Below, one piece after another: positions 39,601 through 51,835 of a DNA stretch of 64,000 nt. The stretch is taken from contig CM082590.2 in the NCBI GenBank assembly GCA_040954595.2, positions 8,619,764 to 8,683,763 of the forward strand, read 5' to 3'. The notes below the pieces were generated by a model. The model was not told where the DNA came from and made no database searches. It was given only the letters and a program-made list of their open reading frames with translations. Position 1 is the first letter of the stretch. Every line of letters starts with the position of its first letter. Origin of the DNA: Balanoglossus misakiensis (Eukaryota > Animalia > Hemichordata). Both the position numbers and the translations under genes were made by a program.

Positions 39601-42522
39601 CTTCCTATTCATCGAAGATTGCTGTACTGAGCTCTGACCCGAGACTCTGCCCGGTGATTGGTTCCCTGGAGTCACATGTTCAATTAGTCCTCTCTGATTG
39701 GCTGCTGTGCCACCACTCAGGTACACATACTCATCAGCCTCGTCCATCCGACTATCGGAATGACTTCCCGGGAAAATGTTCTCAATGCTGTACTCCTCAA
39801 ACACGGAATCGTTGTCCACGGGCGTAAGAACAGGTGAAATGGAATCCGCTTCATGATCCGGTTCCCTCGACATATCCGGAATGGCAGCTTTCTTTTCCAT
39901 GGAATATTTCTTCTCCTGAGTGTTTTCCTGAATTTCAATGCAAGGAATATCAAAATCCAAACCTTTGTTGGCAGTGGACAGACTTTCCATGGAATGGCTT
40001 GACTTTGTACTTGAAATATTCGGAACCGAACCATATTTTCCGAGATTATCCTGGTTGTGTACCGGAAAGACATCCGGATGTTCTTGTGATAACGTGACTG
40101 GCTCCGTGAAATAACTCTCTGCCTTGTGTCCGTCAGAGTGTCTCCGATGATTCGGTGTCGTGTTCTTGGGAATGAACAAGGAGTTGTAACTCGCGTATCT
40201 CGGCATGGTTCCAGGAGGACTATGTAAACTGCTGACAGAAGTTCTCGGTGATATCGCTGGGGAAAGCGAGGTCAATGAACTTAGGGATGATCGACTACTC
40301 AGAGAGTCATGTGACGTGGCGTTAAGGACTTCTCTGTCGTGGACGGTTTTCGCATTGTGGTACACCATCAGTCGGTGACTGACTTCTCGGAGACGTGCTC
40401 TGAAATGATGAAAGGCGAAATGATTGTGACTTCAGAGATTATTGAGAGTAGAATCTGATAGAGAATGGCATTTTCCTTCTGTTTTGTTTCTGGATGAAAA
40501 TCTTTTACAGTATGAGAAAGTGTGAAAGGGTTGCGGCTATGGGTCCCAAATGACACAGATGCTAGTAATTCAATGTAGCCACAAAGTGTAACTACTAAGA
40601 TGTACATCATTGCTCTGAAATGATGAAAGACAAAACGACTGTGACTTCAGAGATTATGGAGAGTAGAGTTTTATAGAGAATGCGTTTTCCTTCAAGGTGG
40701 GAATCTCTGATGAAAAACAACTCTACCATAGAAAACAACAGATTTGGACCAAACCATGAGGAGGAAAGGGCTTACAGCTTACAAACTATACGGCAACATG
40801 TCAGTACACACTAAGAGGCTATCTTACAATTCTACTTGTCTTGTAGACACCAGTCCCAATTCCAATCAATCACCCTTTGACTTCCTGACCCAGACATAAA
40901 CTTCTAACTCTCACCTCATGACATTCAACGGTTCCAATCCAAAGTTATCATCCACGAACGCAGAATGCTTCAAACTTTCGCTGATAAAAGCGTCCAATTT
41001 CTGCTTTGACTTCTTCTCCTGTTGCATTTTCACCCGTTCTTTTTCCTTCAACTGTCTCTCCTGTTCCGTCAGATCCGCACACCGTCTTCTAAGTGCCTCT
41101 GCTTTCTCCTTGGATGCTGCGATTTCCGCCCTAGCAACAACAAACATAGCAACCATGTTTTAAAATACAGCACTGAGCAGATATTATGTCTATGGTGTGT
41201 TAGAGGGCAGTTATATGATTTGTTCATTACATACTCCCACTTTTTCTTTGATAAGATGGTTTCAAACAATCAGTATCACACGTTAACTTCATTGGATGCC
41301 GTGATTTCTGCCCTAGCAACAACAAACATGACAACCATGTTTTAAAATACAGCAGTTGTTATGTCACTCTATGGTGTGTAAGAGGGCAGTTATACGATTT
41401 GTTCATAACATACACCACCATAAGTTAACCAGCCAACACCCTACCCACTTTTCATTTGATAATATGGTTTCAAACAATCACACTTTGACTTCTTTGGATC
41501 CCACGATTTCTGCCCTAGCAACGACAAACATGCCAGCCATGTTTTAAAAATACAGCAAGCAACCTGAGAGTTTAATTTCTGCTCTAGTAAACTCTTCTGT
41601 CAAAAGCATACAGTACCTTCACAAGATTCACACAACCATCCATGAAACATGATACAAATAATAATTCACTTCATCAATTTCTCAAAAACACTGACATACT
41701 CTGAGTGTGACATTATATCCCAGAGCAGGCCTATCTGTCTTTTTAGTGACTACAGTCAAACCTCTGTTAGTGGTCACCGCTATATAGTGGCCTTTGTTAC
41801 AGTCCCTGTGCAATTTACATGTGCGTTAATTAACCTCTATATAAAGGCCAGTTTAGGAAAGTCCCTTACCTGGCCACTTTAGACAGGTTTGACTGTAGTA
41901 ATGAGAAATTCAGCAGTGAAAATTACATCCACCTACCCCAATTTTTCTTCACTTCCAGAGTTTTCCAGACTGCTAGTCCGCGATCTATGAACTGTCTTCT
42001 TCTGGTACAGATCATCCAGTTGCTTGACTAACTTGCCAGTCAGGTCCACGTACTCAACTTGCAACTATGGCAACAAAATTCAAATGATTAATTTGCATAA
42101 TATCACCATGGTTTCACTAAAAACACACGACAACCCATAAGATTAATCTACTTGCTTATAGCTCAGTCTCTCCACATACAGAAGAGGGACTGTTTTAAAA
42201 AGTTACAAACTTTATACTAACAAAAATTCTATAAATAAGACTTAAAAACAAACAACAACAAAGTTATTGTTAAATATTACTTAATGCATATGACACACAA
42301 AATTTAGAGTTAAGGTTTTATTAGCTTCATATCTAAGTTTAGTAACATATTATTTTAAACTATTGTTTATTACATACTTCATACTTTTCGTTATATGCAA
42401 TGCAAGTTTAAAAGAAAAGATAAAAAATAAAATTATTATCTTGTTTTAAAATCATCTCTGAATAAAATAATGGTCTTGTATAATCTTTGTAGTCGCTATG
42501 CGACTGACAATCATTGTTTTGG

Positions 42523-42603
<81 letters not shown>

Positions 42604-45600
42604 CCGCCCCCATCATCAGAAATATAAATCACAAAATAAACACACACTATGAGTCATTCAACAAATAATCGCCCAACTCAATAAGAAATAAACTTACATC
42701 ATCCAACCTTGATCGCAACACTAAATTCTCCTGCTTGACTCTGAAAGTAAACCATAACAATACCACTTTAATATTCTAGAGCTAAACATCTCTAAAACCA
42801 TATCTTTGTTGGTGACTGTTTGTTTCAGGTTCTTCAAACTTTTTGGCTATGCAATGGGGACAACCAATCAAATAACTTGTTTGCTACTTACTCTCTGAGC
42901 TCCCTTCTGTAATTGGTCACCTGCTCAGCCAATGAGATGCAAGATTCAACCACTATCAGGAACTGAGCGCTGGTATCATGATGGTGATTGGCTGCCACTT
43001 TGCAAGGGGTGTGGCCTTTCTTGTTGGTCGCTGTCACATCAGCATTGAATTCAACCAATGTCTACGGGTCAAAAGAGAGACACACTTTAAAGTGAAGGGA
43101 TTGTCATGCTGCATTTGTTTGTTGATAAACATTTGAATTAACACACAAATCCCAGAACTTGAGGATAGGAAATCTAATCTTACCTGTAAGCACGACAGAT
43201 GACCATATTTGGCAGCAAGATGCACAGCACTGTTACCATGGAGATCAGTGATGTCAATAGACAGGTCCTGCATCTGCATGTATCCTAGCAACCAGCGTAG
43301 ACATGACTCTTGACCGTATCTGGCCGCCTGGTGGATCAAGGCTGGTTTGTTATCATCCAAGATGAGTTGCTTTCTGGCTTCAGACTCTAACACCAACCAC
43401 TGTAAACATTCGATCTGTCCATGCTGATAAAACAAGGAAAAATATAAATTATTTTAAAACCACTATACACCTATTGCGAATCTTGAGAACGTACCCCAGT
43501 AAAATGTCTGGGGCCAGGAGAATCCTTGTTATGTTTACCTGGGTCGAAGATACCACTGCAATAAACTATAGGACATTCACCTGCAGGTTTGCAATAGGTG
43601 TTTTGATGCAGTACGGTACTTTCAAATATAATCGTAGAGGTGACTAGAATCAGTCCAACTACAGTTGAGATAAGTAGTAGAGTCTCTTAGTATTAGTCCA
43701 GTCCAACTTGTCTATAGTGGCCAGTCAAGGGACTTTCCTAAACTGGCCATCATAGTCAGGTGGTCCTTATACGGTAGACAGGTCAATTAATGTACATGTT
43801 AATTGTACAGTGACTGTAACAAAGTTGCCACTATATAGAGGTGGCCACAAACACAGGTTTGACTGTACATGTAAATTGCACAGGGACTGTAACAAAGTGG
43901 CCACTATATAGAGGTGGCCACTAACACAGGTTTGACTGTACATGTAAATTGCACAGGGACTGTAACAAAGTGGCCACTATATAGAGGTGGCCTCTGACAC
44001 AGGTTTGACTGTACATGTGAATTGCACAGGGACTGTAACAAAGTGGCCACTATATAGAGGTGGCCACTAACACAGGTCGGACTGTACATGTAAATTGCAC
44101 AGGGACTGTGACAAAGTGGCCACTATATAGAGGTGGCCACTAACACAGGTTTGACTGTACATGTAAATTGCACAGGGACTGTGACAAAGTGGCCACTATA
44201 TAGAGGTGGCCACTAACACAGGTTTGACTGTACATGTAAATTGCACAGGGACTGTAACAAAGTGGCCACTATATAGAGGTGGCCACTAACACAGGTTTGA
44301 CTGTACATGTAAATTGCACAGGGACTGTAACAAAGTGGCCACTATATAGAGGTGGCCACTAACACAGGTTTGACTGTACATGTAAATTGCACAGGGACTG
44401 TGACAAAGTGGCCACTATATAGAGGTGGCCACTAACACAGGTTTGACTGTACATGTAAATTGCACAGGGACTGTAACAAAGTGGCCACTATATAGAGGTG
44501 GCCTCTGACACAGGTTTGACTGTACATGTGAATTGCACAGGGACTGTAACAAAGTGGCCACTATATATAGAGGTGGCCACTAACACAGGTCGGACTGTAC
44601 ATGTAAATTGCACAGGGACTGTGACAAAGTGGCCACTATATAGAGGTGGTCATTAACACAAGTTTGACCGTAGTACTTTCCAAAATACCGACAACTGACC
44701 TTCACTGCAGCAACTGCTGGTGTCTGCGCCTCATCATTATCCACCAGAATCAACCCATGACAACCGTTCATCACCAGCCACTGTAAGCAATCCATGCGCC
44801 CATGCTTTGCTGTGATGTGCAGAAGAGTGTTGCCGCGATCGTCTCGTACACGTTTCAGAGAATCATGAGTCATCTTACTCGACTTCTGAAAGTAAAACAC
44901 ACCACAAACATCACTCTTTGCAATGTATGTGTTCTCCAACAATCATGATTTCAAAATCTCCCAGTCAATTTGAAAATTTCTAGATATTTCTTTGTTTCAG
45001 CCCCTATATCTTTGCAAGTTATAAGGAAAATTTTCATGCATCACCATTGAGATTGTTGAGAGCAATCAGCAGGTCATGTGGACTTGCTCTTTGTATGCTT
45101 GTTTGATGTAGTCAAACAAAGTAGACACAACCTAGAATTTAAACCAGCATGCCATGTAGACAATACAGTGAAACCTGCCATTACTGACACCTCTGTAATC
45201 AGGACATCACTATTAATGACAGATTTATAAAGATAAAAGTCACAGTTTGAAATACTATCTATTTAGGACACCTCTCTATTAAGGACAGATTTTCTGGTCC
45301 CAGAGGTGTCCTAAATAGACAGGTTTCACAGTACATGCATTTCTTGGTATCACACAAAAGTTCCACAACTCACCAATGCATCCAAGTTGCCACCCGTTGC
45401 TGCTTCGATAACTTTCTGTTCCACACTTCCAGGGATTCCGTCGTCTGCTTCCGTGTCCGGCAGATTCCTGCTTTTCCTCTCATCCGAGTGAACTTTCTGC
45501 GTCTTGGGAACGTTCCCAACGGACTTGGCACTCTCAACGATTTGCCACAAATTCTCATCAGCATTTGAATCGTCAATATTATTTCTACGATCCTTCAGAT

Positions 45601-47919
45601 CTTGTTCCTGAGAGGAATTTGAAGAAACACCTTTATGCACAGACTTGAGGCTTAAACTTTTTTGCTTGCTTGTTTCCGTCTGCCTGTTCAGACTTTCCAT
45701 GTTTTGGATCGTACATGTTTTCTCCGAAACAGACGAAGAGTTTCCAAACTGAACGTCCATAAGTCCATCTTTAAATCCATCACCCACAATCACGGAATGA
45801 CTGTTTTCCAGGATTGCTCCGGTCGATGCTCGCCCATCCGGTACATGATTTTCCTTGCAATCATCGTCATTATCTCCACCCGGAATGTCATCATCAATTT
45901 CAAAATATTCCATCATATCATTGTCAAGTTCTCCGTCTTCCAGATCCCCTTCCGAGTCATCACTGCTTCTAGTCTGTTGCAAAAACCGCACTTTCTTAAC
46001 AGTCCCGACACTCGTCCGTTTTCCATCATTCTTTTTCCCGGAATCCTGTTGATTTACTTTCGATTTATCCGTCATCGTCTGAGACGAATGCAAGGAGTTA
46101 GGAACTTTCTTTCCCCGGTATTCCAATTCTTGTTTTCCCGGAGCTAACAGTTTCTGTAGGTTTTCCTTGGCTTCAAGGAATTGACTCTTCGCGACGGAAA
46201 GCTGTTCCACAATTCCGTTTCCATTCCTGGACACCTTGCTGTCATCCGGGACATTTCTGGTCAAACTTCCCGTGTCCGGACTTGACGTCGTCCGTTCTGA
46301 AGACCTGGAATTTCCGTGCTGGTTGCTGGAATTCCCGGAAACGTTATCCAGATCCTGGAAAAATTTATCCACCTGGAGCATGCTAACATTCTGGATTCCA
46401 AACGCATCGACTTGATCATTGCTTAGCGCACCAACACTCTCACTGTTCCGAGTTGACGTCGGTTTATCGCGATCACTTCTGTGTTTCTGATGTAAGTGCA
46501 CTCTCTTGTGTTCAGTTTGGGAGAGGTTGTCTTTGGCAGGCAGTGTTTTGGGTGGATTGTCTGCAAATCAAAACAACAACAAAATGACGTCATGACAACA
46601 CTGAAAAAATACACAAAGTTAACAACTTTCAAGGATTATGAATCAACAAAAACTAACCTATGGGAGGGGTAAAATACCAACACAATTATTATCCACGATG
46701 GCCAAAATGGTTTATTTCGATGATTTCAAAAGACCACTTTCAAACCTTCATCAGTACCACAGTTCAGTTTATCTACACTGTTATCAGCTGTACAAAACAA
46801 TGCAAGCTAGTGTCTACATTTACTTGTAGCATCAAATAGGACTTTTACACCAGTATATTTTAGTTGCGATATTCTCACATGATTTCTAGAGTATCGAAAT
46901 CTATCTTACCATCTTTAGTTTTCCTCGATGCTTGTGTGAAGTGATTGAGATAAAAGTCGTTCGTCTCTTCGTTTGTAAAGTCGTCTAAATCGTATTCTTC
47001 AGCCTCGCTCATATCCTGTGATGAACAACAAAACATTCAATATCACCCCTTTCACCACCATGGTTAAGTCCCAATCAATTGTTCTCTATGGTAAAATTGG
47101 ACCTCTAAAGACCGAACTGGGGGTGGAAGGGTTATTAAGAGGTGAATTGATGGAGAGTTGGTGTTGGCACAAACATTGTCACCATCCAACCAAACCAATT
47201 CTGCATTAACCATATCACCACCATGGTTCAGTCCAAACCAATGGTTTTCTATGGTAAGGTTGGACCACTAAAGAAGGAACTGGGGGTGCAAGGGTTAGGG
47301 GTGAAGGGGTTAAACCATTCTACACGACATTAAGTGATAAAAACATTCTTGAGTTTACATCTCATAGTTTTAAATAACCGACGTACTCGGGCACTTGAAG
47401 TAAGGTGGAACCATATCAGATAAACCCTGACTTCTACGCATAAATTATTAACTAACTGTCAAGAGATATCTCTCTTTAAAACGAATAAATCACAGTTTTC
47501 GATAAGACTACTGAGTGTATGAAACTATTCTCAGAGACAACAACACTATATAAATCTGAAAACGTCAACACAGCTGTGATAATTCTGTTTTGTCTGTCAT
47601 TCTTATCAGGTACAGTCATCACCATACTTGGGTTGTTACTTGTTTCATGAAGTGTCAAGAACACCGTGATTTTGTCCATTGTTTGGGAATTTGATTTCAT
47701 GTTGAATTCAAGACTATTTGGACACTGAGTTTTTTTGGCCATGAGATAACCGCCCACCAGATGTAACAAAGTTCCCAGCTAACGGCAGATCATATGAAAC
47801 AGAACGAGAACACAAAGAGGTTTTATCCAAATATGGCTGCTACTCACGTCTTTGTTTTCAGACATCTGGTAGGAGTCGTAGGACGACACATCAAAGTCCA
47901 AGAAATCCTTGTCCGCCAT
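36680..47919 (-). CDS. SNCAIP: Synphilin-1-like ankyrin/coiled-coil protein, 12 predicted coding exons, ~1504 aa
   Basis: Exons 47919-47848, 47015-46910, 46560-45374, 44885-44700, 43423-43184, 43061-42892, 42740-42698, 42064-41937, 41130-40915, 40399-38434, 37991-37915 and 36803-36680, GT-AG and phase-consistent. Ankyrin repeats GNTLLHITAKHG, LIHQAARYGQE and GNSAVHLAAKYGHLSCLQ. FLIVVESCISLAEQV matches the synphilin synuclein-binding coil. ARLR and RPEPIIE..ENLKMTFAKH match synphilin C-terminal blocks. The terminal exons are less certain than the core. Confidence 0.85.
38195..38335. mobile_element. Palindromic hairpin element in an SNCAIP intron
   Basis: gtagctctaggttttgtctgttggtttgtgtg-ttg-cacagaaaccaacagtcaaaacctagagctac forms a ~32-bp near-perfect stem. 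Confidence 0.6.
41753..41895. mobile_element. Tc1/mariner-pogo-type MITE (TA-CAGTC..GACTG-TA)
   Basis: TA target duplication. Terminal inverted repeats cagtcaaacct / aggtttgactg. Confidence 0.8.
42523..42603. repeat. (CAT)n microsatellite, ~27 units, intronic
   Basis: Read directly from the sequence. It explains the poly-Asp and poly-His ORFs. Confidence 0.98.
43700..44670. repeat. MITE of the 41753 family with its terminal 73 bp expanded into ~12 tandem copies
   Basis: Unit tacatgtaaattgcacagggactgtaacaaagtggccactatatagaggtggccactaacacaggtttgactg (period 73) is the reverse complement of the left end of the 41753 MITE. The other MITE end (cagtccaacttgtctatagtggccag..gggactttcctaaactggcc) is at ~43700-43750. 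Confidence 0.9.
45166..45331. mobile_element. Tc1/mariner-pogo-type MITE
   Basis: ta-cagtgaaacctg..caggtttcacag-ta, with internal gacacctct / agaggtgtc inverted motifs. Confidence 0.75.
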
Positions 47920-50900
47920 TACGTACTTGATTTCTGACGTTCGAAGACAGCTACCACAAGAACCCTTGAAATACACCAAGACACTCACATAATGTAGTCA
48001 TTCCTCTCAAACCTGAAAAGTCATAAAAATAGAAATTGTAGATGAATAAATCATTCGCACCGATAACGTTACCATGGACATAGTCGAGTACTGCTCAGTA
48101 GTCATGGTGACTGAACCAAAGGCAGGAAATTTGACAAAATAATGATGAAATAGAAACCTTAAGTAGGGTATCATTGCAAAATCTCCGTTTCGTGAAAATA
48201 ATTTAAATTGGTTATAAACAGTACCAGAGACTTTGACAATGTCTCACATACATGAATTGTATCACATAAATTTAAAATTAATGAACAATATTTATAAGTC
48301 AGTTTCTATCAAATATACATAAGTATTAATATTAAAATCCATATTGACCCCTATCAGTTTATATGAGAAAGTGAGTAATTTCTTGTCACAGACAGAGTTG
48401 TCTAATGCTTGAATATTTGTTTTATTGTGAAGGACAACTTGGATCTCATGGTAATCTTAGAGGGTTGAATCTCACACTTGTCTCAGAAGATACACCAAGA
48501 ATTTCAATCGAATAAATCAAATTTTTTGTAGGACGCTCAAACCCCTAAACAGTGACAGAAATTTGCAGGACTTTCTCAGCCCTTGCTGGAGCTATAAATC
48601 TTTCAGAAAACCTATTGTGTGACGGATTCTCATTTGCAGGGAGCTGAAACAACGTGTGGTGTTCAAGATAGGAAACCCTCGGGCTAGCTGCAGCTGACAA
48701 AACACATGGAATTACGGATGAGTTAATCTATTTGTGAGATTCGGGGTCGAACCCAATACACAAAACGACAAACACTGATTCAAAGACCGAGAAAATCCCC
48801 CCAGTGAAAAGGGGAACCCAGATGTTAGTTTCACATGCTTTGTGATTCAGTGCTTTTTGATAAAATACTGGTTTGTTGTACGTTACAGAAAAACAGACCA
48901 CTTGCTTCAAAATTGGGACAAGACTTTTGGCCAAGAGAGAAATTAAACTCTACAATCTCAAAACCATTTTAAAGGGCCACCATCTGTTATTTCGACCAGC
49001 ATTTTTCTCTTGAAAATCTATTGAAATATTTTTCTCAATAGTACTAATTATTTTCCTGAAAGACTTCTAATCTTGGATTTACGTAAAATATTATTTAGCT
49101 ATATTGTAAAATTATCAATTACACAATTTACAGGAAGAAGTTTATTGTTTAAATTGCAACAGGTGCTGGTATGGGATTAAAATTTAAATTGACATGAAAT
49201 TTGTATTTTTGATATAAAAATTTAACTGTTATGTGAAATTATTTCCTACAGAGCTGAAGAAAGATATTTCAAACAAGTAAAATTCTAAAGACAGTTTATT
49301 TCTGGTATGGTAGAAATCTGCTTTGCCTCTCAAACAAATACAGGTAATTTCTGCCAATTTCAACAGTGGGACAGCTATGTTTATTTTTTCTTTACGTCAC
49401 AAAAGAACCACAAGCTGTTTTCATCAACGGTATAACAGCCAGTGTTGTTTTTTGTGAGCTGGAATTGGGTTTTTTTAATACAAGGTATGACTAGAAACAT
49501 GATACGGGTAAGCTATATATTATTTATGCTGGAATAAAGCTTTTCTTCCTGATGAGAATTTCAAATCTACATTTGGGCAAAATTCTAAAAAATTCATGCT
49601 GTTTAGCAATTATTTCCAGACTAAACTGCAACAAGAATATACCAAAACACAATATATTTACACAATTTTTTCTCAACGTAGATTTAGAAATTCTGACAAT
49701 GATTTTACCACGGCAATATGGTTATAAATTATCTGTAAATTACACACCTATGAAATGAGAACTCTATGTTTTTGCAAAAGGTTCAGCCAGCGTGGATGAT
49801 GTTAAATATTTCATAAATCACATACTCATACCTGACTCGTTCCATTTCTCGGTGCATACAAATAACAGACTAGCTGTTGGTGTATATTCAAACGAACCCA
49901 CAGATCACAGTTTGTTTATTTGTACACAAAGGCTACCGCAAACACTCAACAGGCGGCCATTATTATTATAGCACTCACACCTGAAATCCAACACAATTTT
50001 ATCATAAAAACTAACTACTTTTGGAGTATTTGAGTAAACATTGCATTGAACTGGGAAGTAATGCTCATTAAATCTGAGAAATAATATGAAATTAGACGTC
50101 CGATAATTTTTGTATTCTAATTTGCATACGGAAAATGTCACATTGACATACCTGCATAGACAGGACTGGTGTGTGTCAACACAGACACCGGACTATGCAC
50201 GCTTTTCAAAGACCACACAGCTATAAATACCTCACATACCCTGATGGTGCGCAATGCAAACTTCCAGTGAACCGATTCCAAAGACGACTTTCAACATCAT
50301 TACCACGTACCACGGTACATAACTGACATTAGCGTACCTGGCGCATCAAGATAGTCCGACTACAGCGTATGTACGCTCAACGAATGACGTCAATTACACA
50401 CCGTCAGATAACACTCCCCCATACCAGACAAAGCTTTACGCGACTACCACTTGTCAACTACACATTGTATGTACAGTATTTAGGAGATTGACTCCATGCC
50501 CTGGGGGCTATTCAAAATAAACTCTTTGTTTCTCGTCAAGCTCGGCCGAGTTCTCACAATGCCTCACCCTGCGGCCACGTCAAAGAAAACTTCTGTTTAC
50601 AGTATGGTGTGATGAAAACGAGAGTCTTCAAACAAAAAGCAGCTTCGCTTGGTGGAGTTTCAAGGTTGCTGGTTGATAAATAGTTTTTTTCTTGCAGGGG
50701 GATTTAGTCGCCCCAACGATTAGCTCTCTCATTGTGATGGCAAGCCTGGGAATTAACTTGTTTACGACAAAACTGATTAAAAAATACAACTGGGTAAAAA
50801 CCTCATCAGATTGGAAGATAATTTTTTGAGGAACAGTCCACTTGTTTTAGTCCCAAAAATAAAGTCAACATTGAAGATTCATGCCATATAGACCGGCATC

Positions 50901-51672
50901 TACAAGTTGTGGTTTTTTTTAGACTTTTATGGCAAGTCTGGTCAGCTCTTAGACAGTCTGAGATGTGATTGAGACAGTTCAGGTACCTCCAGTCTAGACT
51001 TGCCTCCCCATTTCTCAAGAGCCAAAGCTATTATAAAAAGTTAATTTAGTAAGAAATTTAACTGATGCATATTCACTTAAATTCAAGTGACAAACTCATA
51101 ATATGTATCATCTATTATCACTGCCAAGGTCTGAAAAGAGCTACTCTGAGTATTTTAAATGAACAGATTCTGACTGGTTGTGTATGCAGTCAACACACTG
51201 AAATATTTCTCGGCGGTCAGTGACTCGCCTGAAAGCAAACCGTGAATGGGAACCCCAACTCAGCTATGCGGGCACAGACCACAATTTCCACATCAACCGA
51301 TAACAGGCCATGCCCTTTTCTTTCATTCGTCCGACGTGACCTATGACCTACACAAGATGATCCGGGGATTGCAGGCAGCGCTGAAAGTGTGTTTGCGAAA
51401 CCACAATGGCCAACAATGGAGTCGGAATGCGCGCCATGCTACACAGTCGCTTCACTTTAACACGCACTGAAGTGTTGACTCAACAGATCAAATTCTGTTT
51501 AACAAAGTGCATAATGACGTCTGATTTACATCAACGACCAACCACGTTAAACCAAGACTAACCAAGCTCTAGTGATCTTGCAGATTGATAGCTAAACCAA
51601 CCTGTTTATATTTTGCAATCAGATTTTAACTAGAACTGACATACTGATAAGGACACCAGACATGAAATGTGG

Positions 51673-51835
51673 TTGATTGATTGATTGATCGATAGATTGA
51701 GTAATAGTGAGTGAGTGGGAGAGAGTGAGTGAGCAAGTCAGCAAGTGATTGATTGATTGATTGATTGAGTGAGTGAGTGAGTGAGTGAGTGAGTGAGTGA
51801 GTGAGTGAGTGAGTGAGTGACTGAGTGAGTCAGAG
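51673..51835. repeat. Compound (GATT)n/(GAGT)n microsatellite
   Basis: Read directly from the sequence. Confidence 0.95.

Noticed and set aside
42408-42652. Poly-Asp and poly-His ORFs
   Set aside because: Translations of an intronic (CAT)n microsatellite.
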